Shown piece by piece: positions 27,625-36,886 of a DNA stretch of 64,000 bases. Each line of letters begins with the position of its first letter. The stretch's first letter is position 1. The notes under the pieces were generated by a model. That model searched no databases, was not told the DNA's origin, and saw only the letters and a program-made list of their open reading frames with translations. The translations under genes were made by a program, and so were the position numbers. This stretch comes from Verrucomicrobiota bacterium (lineage in GTDB: Bacteria > Verrucomicrobiota > Kiritimatiellia > Kiritimatiellales > Tichowtungiaceae): positions 6,777-70,776 of the forward strand of contig JAEIOF010000001.1 of assembly GCA_016342445.1 (NCBI GenBank), read 5' to 3'.

Positions 27625-28923
27625 TTACTTGCGGTTAGAGATCGGAGTCACTTTGCGGACATTGGGGCCGGTGTAGACCTGGCGCGGACGGGCAATCGGC
27701 GTTTCGCTCTTTTTCATTTCGAGCCACTGGGCAATCCAGCCCGGCAGACGTCCGATGGCGAACATGACGGTGAACATATTGGTCGGAATGCCCATTTCAC
27801 GATAGGTGAGCCCGGTGTAGAAATCGACGTTTGGATAGAGGTTGCGCTCCTGGAAATACGAGTCAGCCAAAGCCCGTTCTTCCAATTCCAGAGCGATATC
27901 CAGCAGTGGATCCTTCGTGTTGGTCTCTGCAATCACCTTCATGCAAAGCTCTTTGGCAATTTTTGCACGCGGGTCATAGGACTTGTAGACGCGGTGTCCG
28001 AAACCCATCAACCGGAAGGGGCTGCGCGGGTTTTTGGCCCGTTCAATCACTTTGCTGACGTCGCCGCCGTCCCGATAAATCTCTTCGAGCATTTCAATCA
28101 CCTGCTGATTGGCGCCGCCATGACGCGGCCCCCACAGAGCGCAGATCCCGGCGGCGATGGAGGCATACAGATTGATCCCGGAACTGCCCACGCTGCGCAC
28201 AACAGAGGTTGAGCAGTTCTGTTCATGATCGGCATGAATGATCAGCAGCTTATTCAGCGCATCCGCCATGACCGGACTGTACGACTCCTGACGAACCGGC
28301 GAACTGAACATCATGTTCAAGAAGTTTTCGCAGTATTTCAGATCGTGGCGCGGATAGACGCCGGGCTCCCCGATGGATTTTTTATAGGAAAAAGCCGCAA
28401 TGGTGCGCAGTTTTGAAATCAACCGTGTAACGGTCATGTCCAGATCTTCCTTCATGTCCTGTCCCAATTCGGGGTAGAAGGATGAAAGCGATACGGACAT
28501 GGCGGACAAAATGGCCATGGGGTGGGAATGTTCCGGATAATGACTGAAGAAGTCCCGCATATCCTCGTGGATCATGGAGTGGCTGTTCAACAAATCGCTA
28601 TACCGCGCCTTTTGCTTGGTGTTCGGCAAAGAACCGTTAACCAGCAAATAAGCCACTTCAATAAATTCGCAGTTTTCGGCCAGATCGGCCACATCGTATC
28701 CGCGATAGCGCAAAACTCCCTTTTCACCGTCAATAAAGGTGATGTCGCTGGAACAAGATCCGGTATTCATGAATCCGGAGTCATACGTGATCAGGCCGGT
28801 TTCCTTACGCAGCTTACTGATATCAAGCGCCCGCTCGCCTTCCGTGCCTTGATAGACCGGACAAACCAGCTTCTGATCATCGATACGTATTTCTGCTTGT
28901 CCGACTTTTTCCATTTTTGACAT
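27625..28923 (-). CDS. gltA: citrate synthase
   Basis: 432-aa ORF with the citrate synthase signature (..GFGHRVYK..) and the catalytic His/Asp context. Confidence 0.95.
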   Translation of the reverse strand: MSKMEKVGQAEIRIDDQKLVCPVYQGTEGERALDISKLRKETGLITYDSGFMNTGSCSSDITFIDGEKGVLRYRGYDVADLAENCEFIEVAYLLVNGSLPNTKQKARYSDLLNSHSMIHEDMRDFFSHYPEHSHPMAILSAMSVSLSSFYPELGQDMKEDLDMTVTRLISKLRTIAAFSYKKSIGEPGVYPRHDLKYCENFLNMMFSSPVRQESYSPVMADALNKLLIIHADHEQNCSTSVVRSVGSSGINLYASIAAGICALWGPRHGGANQQVIEMLEEIYRDGGDVSKVIERAKNPRSPFRLMGFGHRVYKSYDPRAKIAKELCMKVIAETNTKDPLLDIALELEERALADSYFQERNLYPNVDFYTGLTYREMGIPTNMFTVMFAIGRLPGWIAQWLEMKKSETPIARPRQVYTGPNVRKVTPISNRK

Positions 28924-29024
28924 ATATATCCTCTTCTAAAATTTCGAGCCGCGTATTTTATTGGGCAAGGGCTGTTTTACGCAAGAAAAAAGCCCGCTTC
29001 TGCGGTTAAAGCTCAGCTGGAACC

Positions 29025-30863
29025 TTATTCCACCGTGACGCTTTTGGCCAGATTGCGCGGTTTATCAATATCCGTTCCGCGGGCGCGGGCCGCATAATAG
29101 GCCAAGAGCTGCAAGGCCGCCACATTCACCATGGGCGAAAACTCGTCGCGCACAGCTGGCACAATGATCACGTCGTCGGTCAGCTTCGCAAGCTCGGTGT
29201 CCCCTTCGCTCACAACGGCAATAATCCGCCCACTGCGCGCCTCCACCTCTTTGACGTTCGAGAGCATCTTCTCGTAGACCTCGTCGGCGGTCTTCGTGCA
29301 GATGCAAATCACCGGCAGAGACTCATTAATCAGCGCGATCGGCCCGTGCTTCATCTCACCCGCCGCATAGCCCTCGGCGTGTTGATAGGAAATTTCCTTA
29401 TTCTTCAACGCCCCTTCCAGAGCCGTTGGATAATTGTAGCGGCGGCCCAGATACAGAGAGCTGGGGCCGTCATGATGTTTTTCGCCGATCAGCTGAATCT
29501 CCGCCTTTTTCTGGATCACATAATGAACGGCATCCGGCACCTCGCGCAGGGCCTTCAGATACTCCTTTAATTTCTCCGGCGTCAGATCGCCGCGCACCGA
29601 AGCAATATAGAGAGCCAACAGCGCAAACGCCATCTGCTGCGCCGTATAGGCCTTGGTCGACGCCACGCCGATTTCAGGGCCGCAGTTTGTGAAAAAGGTC
29701 GCATCGCTTTCGCGCACCACGGAAGAGCCCTCGACATTACAGATCGCAAAAATTTTGCAGCCCCAGCTTTTGGCCATACGGATCGAGGCCAGTGTGTCGG
29801 CAGTCTCACCCGACTGCGACACCGGAATGATCAACGTCCCGGGATCAATCTTCGGATCGCGGTAGCGGAACTCGCTTGCAAGATCCGTTTCGACCGCAAT
29901 ACCGGTCAGATTTTCCAGCAACAATTTGCCGTACATCCCCGCGTGATAAGCCGTTCCGCAGGAGACGATCATGATGCGGTTGAGCTTGCGGAAATAGTCC
30001 GGGCTCAAACCGGTTCCCAGCTCAAGGGTTCCATCCGCCATAACATGCTTTGCGAGCAGTGCCCGCAAAATACGCGGCTGTTCATGGATTTCCTTCAGCA
30101 TAAAGGTCTCAAAACCTGCATGCTCCGCATCCTCGGCCTTAAACTCAATTTTTTTCACCTCCGGCGTCACGATCCTGCCATCGATTGTGCTGACCTCCAC
30201 CCCGTCCGCGCGCAGAGCCGCCATTTCACCGTCGTTTAGATAAATCACCTCGGATATCCGGTTAATGATCGCCGGCACATCACTGGCAATAAAATTCTCG
30301 TTCTCGCCCAACCCGATAATCAGCGGACTACCCAGCCGCGCGCAGTAGACCGTGTCCGGATCATCGCGGAACAAAACGCCCAACGCGTAAGCCCCGCGTA
30401 GCCGGCTCAGGGCGCTACGCAACGCCTCCGCAGAAGAGGCTGCGCCATCTTTCAGCGCCTGTTCAATAAGGTGAGGGACCACTTCCGTATCGGTTTCTGA
30501 CAAAAATTTGTGCCCCTGGCCCGTCAGTTCATCGCGCAATTCGGCGTAATTCTCAATAATTCCGTTATGCACAACCGCAATAGCCCCGTCCGAACTTAAA
30601 TGCGGATGCGAATTTACCTGCGAAGGCGCCCCGTGGGTTGCCCAGCGGGTGTGACCGATCCCGCGCGTTCCGGCAATCGGGTTCTTTTCCAGCTCCCGCT
30701 CCAGATTCGCCAGACGACCCACCTCTTTACCAAAAACAACCTTCCCGCCGCAGGACACCGCAATACCGGCCGAATCGTACCCGCGATATTCCAAGCGCTG
30801 CAGCCCGTCGATCAAAATCGGGGCAGCTTCTTTGTTTCCAATATAGCCAACGACTCCGCACAT
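29025..30863 (-). CDS. glmS: glutamine--fructose-6-phosphate aminotransferase
   Basis: 612-aa ORF starting MCGVVGYIG (N-terminal nucleophile Cys), with two SIS domains and the C-terminal ..LAKSVTVE. Confidence 0.97.
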   Translation of the reverse strand: MCGVVGYIGNKEAAPILIDGLQRLEYRGYDSAGIAVSCGGKVVFGKEVGRLANLERELEKNPIAGTRGIGHTRWATHGAPSQVNSHPHLSSDGAIAVVHNGIIENYAELRDELTGQGHKFLSETDTEVVPHLIEQALKDGAASSAEALRSALSRLRGAYALGVLFRDDPDTVYCARLGSPLIIGLGENENFIASDVPAIINRISEVIYLNDGEMAALRADGVEVSTIDGRIVTPEVKKIEFKAEDAEHAGFETFMLKEIHEQPRILRALLAKHVMADGTLELGTGLSPDYFRKLNRIMIVSCGTAYHAGMYGKLLLENLTGIAVETDLASEFRYRDPKIDPGTLIIPVSQSGETADTLASIRMAKSWGCKIFAICNVEGSSVVRESDATFFTNCGPEIGVASTKAYTAQQMAFALLALYIASVRGDLTPEKLKEYLKALREVPDAVHYVIQKKAEIQLIGEKHHDGPSSLYLGRRYNYPTALEGALKNKEISYQHAEGYAAGEMKHGPIALINESLPVICICTKTADEVYEKMLSNVKEVEARSGRIIAVVSEGDTELAKLTDDVIIVPAVRDEFSPMVNVAALQLLAYYAARARGTDIDKPRNLAKSVTVE

Positions 30864-31050
30864 AAATCCTGCTCCGTTAAAAATTTCAAGAAAGGTTGCC
30901 CATTCTGCCGAAACTTCGCCCTACAAACAAAACAAAAAGCCACCCGCCCCCCCCCCTTTCTCCACCTAACTTTGCGCACAAAAAGGATTGCACGGGAGGG
31001 GCTTTTCCTGTTTTATCCCCACTTCGCAGAACAAATGAGGAATCCGATTT

Positions 31051-31356
31051 ATGGCTAAGAAAAGCAGTATTGCTAAAAACGAGAAGCGCATGAAGCTGGC
31101 GGACAAGTACTACGCCAAGCGCATTGAGCTCAAAAAAATTATTGTCGACCCGAAAACCAGCTACGAAGACCAGCAGGCTGCCTTCACAAAACTGCGCAGT
31201 TTTCCGCGTGATGCCAACCCCGCTCGCGTCATGAACCGCTGCCGCGTAACGGGACGCCCGCGTGCCGTCTACAAAAAATTCGGTATCTCCCGCATTGTTC
31301 TGCGCGAAATGGCATCCGAAGGGCTCATCCCCGGAATGACCAAAGCCAGCTGGTAA
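31051..31356 (+). CDS. rpsN: 30S ribosomal protein S14 (long, non-zinc form)
   Basis: 101-aa ORF starting [16 protein letters not shown].. and ending ..[21 protein letters not shown]. It has no CxxC pairs. It lies outside any ribosomal protein cluster. Confidence 0.9.
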   Translation: MAKKSSIAKNEKRMKLADKYYAKRIELKKIIVDPKTSYEDQQAAFTKLRSFPRDANPARVMNRCRVTGRPRAVYKKFGISRIVLREMASEGLIPGMTKASW

Positions 31357-31377
31357 ACGGAACAACCGTTTCGGACA

Positions 31378-31408
31378 AAAAGCCTCGGACTCGTCCGGGG
31401 CTTTTTTT
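31378..31408 (+). terminator. rho-independent terminator of rpsN
   Basis: AAAAGCCTCGGAC-TCG-TCCGGGGCTTTTTTT: a GC-rich stem followed by a T7 run. Confidence 0.7.
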
Positions 31409-31475
31409 ATGTGTAATCAAGTTCGGGGTTCACAAGCAAATTCTGAACCGGGAACTGCGAACTCTGAACTGATAC

Positions 31476-31530
31476 AAAAAAAACCGACCCTTGAAAAAGG
31501 ATCGGCTTTCAAAAACAGAAACTATTTCTG
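31476..31530 (-). terminator. tandem terminator hairpins downstream of rpmB
   Basis: On the minus strand, CAGAAA-TAG-TTTCTG plus TTTTT comes first. It is followed by AGCCGATCC-TTTTTCAA-GGGTCGGTT plus a T8 run. Confidence 0.6.
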
Positions 31531-31531
31531 C

Positions 31532-31759
31532 TTAGGCTTTAGTGATTGAGCCATCGCGAATCGCTTTGGCCGAAACCCAAATGCGCTTAACAGCGCCGTT
31601 TTCGTCCCTAACGCGAATGCGCTGCAGGTTGGCTTTGAACTTACGTTTGGTAGCGCCCGTCACGTGAAGACCGATACCGCCTTTTTTCTTTGCCAAACCT
31701 TTACGAACAATCCGGCGACCCGAAACTGTTCCCTTACCTGTTATTGCACATTTAGCCAT
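31532..31759 (-). CDS. rpmB: 50S ribosomal protein L28
   Basis: 75-aa ORF MAKCAITGKGTVSGRRIVRKG.., a typical L28. Confidence 0.9.
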   Translation of the reverse strand: MAKCAITGKGTVSGRRIVRKGLAKKKGGIGLHVTGATKRKFKANLQRIRVRDENGAVKRIWVSAKAIRDGSITKA

Positions 31760-31837
31760 GATTCTTCCTCACAAATTCAAAATTGACTTAAAGAGGGCGT
31801 AATCTACGCACCGCCCCCGCCATTGGCAAGCGCAATA

Positions 31838-32899
31838 TCAGACCAATTCAGCAAACACTGAATCGCTCACAAAAAGAGCCTCTTCGGAAAGCCGGACGCG
31901 CCGTCCCTCGATCACCAGCAACCCCTGTTTTTCCAATGCTTGGAAACATTCGCCGAGATGTTTCCAGCCACTGGAAGAAACCTTCACGCCCGCCAGAAGC
32001 CGCAACCCCATCACCCGCGTCTCGCGCTCCTTCGCCTCCGGACCGAGCGTTTCCTCGAACTCTCGGCGCGGGCCGTTGGCGCAATAATCGTCCAGATCGG
32101 ACACATTCGCCCAGCGCACCCCGTTCCAGTGCGAATGGGCCGCCGGGCCGCAGCCGATATATTCGCCACCCGTCCAGTAGAGCAAATTGTGGCGGCACTC
32201 GAAGCCCGGCTTCGCAAAATTTGAAATCTCGTAATGCACAAACCCCGCCGCGTTCAGCCGCGCACGGATCCGGTCGTACATCTCGCGCTCGAGATCTTCA
32301 TCCAGCCGATCGAGCCGCGCCTCCATCGGGGTCCCCGCTTCGTACATCAAGTTATAAATCGCAATATGCTCCGGCCCGAGGGCAAGCGCACGATCGAGAT
32401 CGGACTCCAACATCTGCATTGTCTGACCCGGCACGCCAAACATCAGATCGACACTCATGTTTTCAAAACCCACCCTGCGCGCCAGCCGAAAGGCCGCTTC
32501 CGCCTGCTCCGCCGAATGAATCCGCCCCAGCGTTTCCAGACATTGGAAATCAAACGACTGCACCCCGACCGAAAGCCGGTTCACACCGCTCCGTTTCAAC
32601 AGCGCCAGCTTGGCTTCATCAACGGTTCCCGGATTAACCTCCACCGAAAACTCCATCGGACGGAATTTTCCAAGGCTTGGAAGAAACTTTTCCAATGCCT
32701 GGAAACCCGGGGCGGTCGGCGTGCCGCCGCCGATAAAAACGGTCTCCGGCGCGAAGTCCGGCGGCAACCCGCTCAGCTCTTTTTCCAATGTTTGGAAAAA
32801 CCGCTCCTGTTTTTTCCAATCATTGGAAACAACGGAGTAGAAAGCGCAGTAGGAACACTTGCGCTCACAAAACGGAATATGAATGTACAGACCTGACAT
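31838..32899 (-). CDS. hemW: radical SAM heme chaperone HemW (coproporphyrinogen III oxidase-like)
   Basis: Radical SAM motif LYIHIPFCERKCSYCAF. The ATG at 32899 (MSGLYIHIPFC) is preferred because the tracked start at 32968 would overlap the divergent tlyA. The gene carries seven palindrome copies. Confidence 0.85.
   Translation of the reverse strand: MSGLYIHIPFCERKCSYCAFYSVVSNDWKKQERFFQTLEKELSGLPPDFAPETVFIGGGTPTAPGFQALEKFLPSLGKFRPMEFSVEVNPGTVDEAKLALLKRSGVNRLSVGVQSFDFQCLETLGRIHSAEQAEAAFRLARRVGFENMSVDLMFGVPGQTMQMLESDLDRALALGPEHIAIYNLMYEAGTPMEARLDRLDEDLEREMYDRIRARLNAAGFVHYEISNFAKPGFECRHNLLYWTGGEYIGCGPAAHSHWNGVRWANVSDLDDYCANGPRREFEETLGPEAKERETRVMGLRLLAGVKVSSSGWKHLGECFQALEKQGLLVIEGRRVRLSEEALFVSDSVFAELV
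31931..31976. repeat. iterated palindrome, 2 copies in the hemW 3' end
   Basis: TTCCAATGCTTGGAA at 31931 and TTCCAGCCACTGGAA at 31962. Confidence 0.9.
32534..32548. repeat. iterated palindrome variant, 1 copy in hemW
   Basis: TTCCAGACATTGGAA. Confidence 0.9.
32668..32704. repeat. iterated palindrome, 2 copies 22 bp apart in hemW
   Basis: TTCCAAGGCTTGGAA at 32668 and TTCCAATGCCTGGAA at 32690. Confidence 0.95.
32783..32828. repeat. iterated palindrome, 2 copies with a 31-bp period in hemW
   Basis: TTCCAATGTTTGGAA at 32783 and TTCCAATCATTGGAA at 32814. Confidence 0.95.
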
Positions 32900-32944
32900 G
32901 ATTGCCGATTGTAGATTGTCGATTTGCGATTTACACTCACTCAC

Positions 32945-33679
32945 GTGAAAAAAATACGACTCGATCAATTACTTGTTGAAAAAGGACTCGCCGAAAGCCG
33001 CGAAAAGGCTAAGCGCCTGATTCTGGCAGGTCAAGTTCTCGTCGACGGCCACCCCTCCCCGAAACCAGGCCACCCGCTGGCACCCGATCACAAAATCGTC
33101 CTAGAGGAAGCCGCGCGCTTTGTCAGCCGCGGCGGAGACAAGCTCGAAGGGGCGATGGAGGCCTTCCCGATTGAGCTGACCGATAAGGTCTGCCTCGATA
33201 TCGGCTCGTCGACCGGCGGCTTCACCGACTGCATGCTCCAGCACGGCGCAACCAAGGTCTACGCTGTCGACGTCGGCAAAGGACAGCTCCACTGGAAGTT
33301 GCGCGAAGATCCGCGCGTTGTCGTGATGGAGGGAACCAATGCCCGCTATCTGACGCCCGCCGATCTGCCGGAGCTGGCCGATTTTGCCTCGATCGACACC
33401 TCATTCATTTCTCTCACCAATATTCTGCCGGCTGTCGAAAGTCTGCTGAAACCGGGAGGCGAAATCGTCTCGCTGATCAAGCCTCAGTTTGAAGCGGGTA
33501 AAGAAGAAGTGGACAAGGGGCGCGGCGTGATCACCGATCCGGCGATTCACGAAGAGGTGGTTTCCAAGGTTCGGAAATTCGGAACCGAAAAACTGGGGCT
33601 CGAATGGATCGGCCTGTCCACCTCGCCACTCAAAGGCCCCAAAGGCAATGTGGAGTTTCTGGCCTACTGGAAAAAGTGA
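32945..33679 (+). CDS. tlyA: TlyA family rRNA (cytidine-2'-O)-methyltransferase
   Basis: An S4 domain plus an FtsJ-like methyltransferase. The GTG start at 32945 gives VKKIRLDQLLVEKGLAESREKAKRLI.., which matches the usual TlyA N-terminus. The tracked ORF starts at TTG 32924. Confidence 0.88.
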   Translation: MKKIRLDQLLVEKGLAESREKAKRLILAGQVLVDGHPSPKPGHPLAPDHKIVLEEAARFVSRGGDKLEGAMEAFPIELTDKVCLDIGSSTGGFTDCMLQHGATKVYAVDVGKGQLHWKLREDPRVVVMEGTNARYLTPADLPELADFASIDTSFISLTNILPAVESLLKPGGEIVSLIKPQFEAGKEEVDKGRGVITDPAIHEEVVSKVRKFGTEKLGLEWIGLSTSPLKGPKGNVEFLAYWKK

Positions 33680-33954
33680 AGGTCGGCCGACCAGGTTGAA
33701 TAGCCATTCGAACCGACACCTTCACAAACCCACGACTCACACAGAATCGAGTCGAAGGGTTTTTCCACACACCCGTCTGCACGCCTTTTGATGTTTTCCG
33801 ACCGAGCAGTATGCTGTCCGGCAAAACCTTTCACGACCGCCGCCGCTCAGCTTTCGTCGCCCGACAGGCCAACAACGTTGATCCTGTTTGCAAAAAGTTT
33901 GATTTTGCTCCGCCTTCACAGGCTCCGCCCCCGATTAAAAAATCGAACCCGCGC

Positions 33955-34857
33955 CTATCCCCAAAGGTTATCAGGGTAGACGCCGGCTTCGACAAGGGTG
34001 CGGATACCGGCCATGACCTGCGGCTTGTCTTCGGAATAGGTGACGCCCATCCATTTTTCATTGGAGGGCAGCACGACCACGTCCGCATCACCGTCTTTGA
34101 TCATTTGGTCGATCAGCTCCGGAAGCAGATATTCGCTTTTCAGCTCGCCGCCGGCACGCTGAAGAAATTCAACGAAGCCGCTCTCCAGAAAATCGAACAG
34201 CTTCGGGGTGAAGCCCCATGTGTTCATGGAGACCATGTCGTCGTCGGCCATCTCTTTGAGCCCGTCGTCCGTTTCGTAGCGGATCACGCCGTCCTCTTGG
34301 CGCTCGATGTTGAAACGTTCGACGACGGTGGCGAGCTTGCAGTCCCGCACATCGCAGTAGCCGCGCGCCACGCCGCCGTGGGACGAGAGGGTATTTTTGA
34401 TATAGAAGCCGACCATCGAAAAGTCGGTGCTGTCCACGTCGGTGGCCATCAACTGCTTCGCAATCACCTCAAACGATTCGCGCCCGTAAAAGTCGTCGGC
34501 ATTGATGACGGCGAAGGGCTCGTTAACCGCCTCTTTGGCGACCAAAATAGCCTGTCCGGTTCCCCACGGCTTGGTGCGGCCCTCGGGAACCGTGAACCCT
34601 TCTGGAATTCCTTTCAGGGTTTGGAAAACGTATTCGACGTCGATCTTTCCCTCAAGCTTGCTGCCGATCGCCTCTTTAAAGTCGGCCTCGATATCGGGGC
34701 GGATAATGAAAACCACCTTGCCGAAGCCGGCGCGGATGGCGTCGTAGACGGAGTAATCGAGCACGATTTCGCCGGACGGGCCGACGGGATCAATCTGCTT
34801 GAGCCCGCCGTAGCGGCTTCCAATACCTGCGGCCATAATCACGAGAGTCGGTTTCAT
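33955..34857 (-). CDS. sugar-1-phosphate nucleotidyltransferase (candidate UDP-HexNAc pyrophosphorylase)
   Basis: 300-aa ORF starting MKPTLVIMAAGIGSRYGG.K (the NTP-transferase G-x-G-x-R motif). It is the last gene of the amino-sugar operon. Confidence 0.75.
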   Translation of the reverse strand: MKPTLVIMAAGIGSRYGGLKQIDPVGPSGEIVLDYSVYDAIRAGFGKVVFIIRPDIEADFKEAIGSKLEGKIDVEYVFQTLKGIPEGFTVPEGRTKPWGTGQAILVAKEAVNEPFAVINADDFYGRESFEVIAKQLMATDVDSTDFSMVGFYIKNTLSSHGGVARGYCDVRDCKLATVVERFNIERQEDGVIRYETDDGLKEMADDDMVSMNTWGFTPKLFDFLESGFVEFLQRAGGELKSEYLLPELIDQMIKDGDADVVVLPSNEKWMGVTYSEDKPQVMAGIRTLVEAGVYPDNLWG

Positions 34858-34869
34858 ACGTCGGTTCCT

Positions 34870-35781
34870 TTATTTAGTGAAAAATTTGATGGTGGCTTCG
34901 AGGCCCTTGTCAAAACTGGAGGTCGGCTCGAAGCCGGCGGCTTTGATTTTTTCGATTGAGGCCATGGAGTGCTTCACATCCCCTGCCCGTTCCGGCGCGT
35001 ATTCGATCTTCGACGACGAGCCGGTCAGCTCAATGATTTTTCCGGCAAGATCATTGATGGTCAGGCGTTTGCCGTAAGCGACATTGAAAAAGCCGGGCTC
35101 CGTGTCGTTCATCGCCAGAAACACATTGGCTGCGACGATATCCTTCACATAGATGAAGTCGCGGGTCTGCTCGCCATCGCCGAAAATGGTGATGGTTTCG
35201 TTTTTCACCGCTTTATCGATGAAGATCGGAACGGCGGCGGCGTAGGCGCTTTTCGGATCCTGCCGCGGACCGAACACGTTGAAGTAGCGCATGACGCCGG
35301 TGGCGAGCTTGCCCTCGCGGCTGAACATGTCGCAGTAGTACTCGCCGTCGAGCTTGGTGATGGCGTACGGGCTTTTCGGCTCGGGCAGCATGGTTTCGAG
35401 CTTCGGCACGACGGGGTTGTCGCCATAGTTGGCGGCCGAGCTGGAGAAGCACATTTTCTTCACGCCGGCCTTGGCGGCCTCTTCGAGCACCACCAGCGTG
35501 CCGGTGGTGTTAATTTCGACGCACTCGATCGGCTTGTCCTTCGACTCCGGCACGCTGATCATCGCAGCCATGTGAAAAATGTAATCAACACCTTCAACCG
35601 CTTTTTTCACGACCTCCCGGTCGGTGATGGAGCCTTCGATAAATTCGTGGTCGAGCCCTTCAAGGTTTTTGAGGTAGCCGCTGCGCAGGTTATCCAAAAC
35701 CCGCACATCCGCTTTCCCCTGAAAATGCTCCACAATGTGGCTTCCGATAAATCCGGCTCCGCCGGTAACTAAAACTCTCAT
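34870..35781 (-). CDS. NAD-dependent nucleotide-sugar 4-epimerase (WbpP/GalE-like, SDR family)
   Basis: 303-aa ORF with the Rossmann motif VTGGAGFIGSH and a YxxxK catalytic motif (SPYAITK). Its start overlaps the upstream stop (ATGA). Confidence 0.85.
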   Translation of the reverse strand: MRVLVTGGAGFIGSHIVEHFQGKADVRVLDNLRSGYLKNLEGLDHEFIEGSITDREVVKKAVEGVDYIFHMAAMISVPESKDKPIECVEINTTGTLVVLEEAAKAGVKKMCFSSSAANYGDNPVVPKLETMLPEPKSPYAITKLDGEYYCDMFSREGKLATGVMRYFNVFGPRQDPKSAYAAAVPIFIDKAVKNETITIFGDGEQTRDFIYVKDIVAANVFLAMNDTEPGFFNVAYGKRLTINDLAGKIIELTGSSSKIEYAPERAGDVKHSMASIEKIKAAGFEPTSSFDKGLEATIKFFTK

Positions 35782-36872
35782 TGGTACTTCTCCATTACAC
35801 GTTGCATCGCATCCGCCTGGCGCTCCATCGATTCGACCATTTTAAACTGCTTGCGGCAACGGTCAATATTCTGCCCCTCGCGGTGCGTTTTAAAATAAAC
35901 ATCGCCCTGCAGGTAGTCGGTCAAAAAGCGTAGCCCGATTTCAAAGGTAATCAGCTGGCCGGAAAACGGCAGCAGCTCAATCTCCTTCGCCGTCAGAAAG
36001 CCGGATGCTGTTTCAAGATATCCTTTCACCAGCGCCTCGAAATACTCGATGTCCATCTCGACCGCGGACAGATCCGTTTCGTCCTCCGGGGCGCGAGTGG
36101 TGGTCGTGCGGATCATGTCGCCGAAGTCGTAAAGAACCGAACCGGGCATAACGGTGTCGAGGTCAATCACGCACATCCCTTTACCGGTCGCATTGTCGAT
36201 CAGCACGTTGTTAAGTTTGGTATCATTGTGCGTCACACGCTCAGGAATTCCCCCGGAGGCCATCAGATCAATCACGACATCGACCATCTCCTCGCGGGCC
36301 ATAGCAAACTCGATCTCCGCCTTCACAGCATCCGCCCGTCCGTGGATATCGGCATCGATGGCGGCTCTCAAAACGTTAAAGCGCGAGCGCGTATGATGAA
36401 AATCCGGAATGGTGTCGTGCAGGCGGCCCGGAAGATCGGCTAGCTGACACTGGAACTCGCCAAACGCCTTGGCCGACTCGTAGGCCTGACCCGTGTTTTC
36501 AATCACATCGATACCAACAGCATCTTCGATGAACACATAGGTGCGCCAGAAGTCGCCGCGGGCATCGACAAAATAATCCTTGCCGTCCACGGTCGACACC
36601 AGCGTCAGCACACGGCGATCCAGATCGTCCGCACCGGCCTCTTCAAACTTTTTGCGCTGGTGACGGGTCACCCTGCCGATATTGTCCATCAGGCCGGGAA
36701 CATTCTTGAAAATGTTTTTGTTCACCCGCTGGTGGATATAATGCACCTCGCGGCCGTCCTGCTCGTAAACCGCCCGATAGGTGTCGTTAATGTGCCCGCT
36801 CCCGTACGGCGCTTCGCCGAGGCAGGTTCCGGGGCACTGAAATGCTGATGCAACGTCTTTAAACTGATCCAT
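35778..36872 (-). CDS. aminoglycoside-phosphotransferase-fold kinase, NahK/AmgK-like anomeric N-acetylhexosamine 1-kinase candidate
   Basis: The start at ATG 36872 (MDQFKDVAS..) is preceded by GGAGAAAAACC. The product has GSGHINDTY..YIHQRVNKNIFKNV and an APH-type catalytic loop (THNDTKLNNVL, DLD). The specificity is inferred from similarity recalled from memory and from context. Confidence 0.65.
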   Translation of the reverse strand: MDQFKDVASAFQCPGTCLGEAPYGSGHINDTYRAVYEQDGREVHYIHQRVNKNIFKNVPGLMDNIGRVTRHQRKKFEEAGADDLDRRVLTLVSTVDGKDYFVDARGDFWRTYVFIEDAVGIDVIENTGQAYESAKAFGEFQCQLADLPGRLHDTIPDFHHTRSRFNVLRAAIDADIHGRADAVKAEIEFAMAREEMVDVVIDLMASGGIPERVTHNDTKLNNVLIDNATGKGMCVIDLDTVMPGSVLYDFGDMIRTTTTRAPEDETDLSAVEMDIEYFEALVKGYLETASGFLTAKEIELLPFSGQLITFEIGLRFLTDYLQGDVYFKTHREGQNIDRCRKQFKMVESMERQADAMQRVMEKYQ

Positions 36873-36886
36873 GGTTTTTCTCCTTT

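Noticed and set aside
30864-31050. Possible glmS ribozyme or other riboswitch in the glmS 5' leader.
   Set aside because: I could not recognise the conserved glmS ribozyme core on the minus strand. That ribozyme is mainly a Firmicutes feature. Only a covariance-model scan could settle it.
33690-33770. tRNA-like TTCGAACC string in the tlyA downstream gap.
   Set aside because: The flanking bases do not form a T-stem or an acceptor stem, and no cloverleaf can be drawn. I found no tRNA or rRNA genes anywhere in the window.
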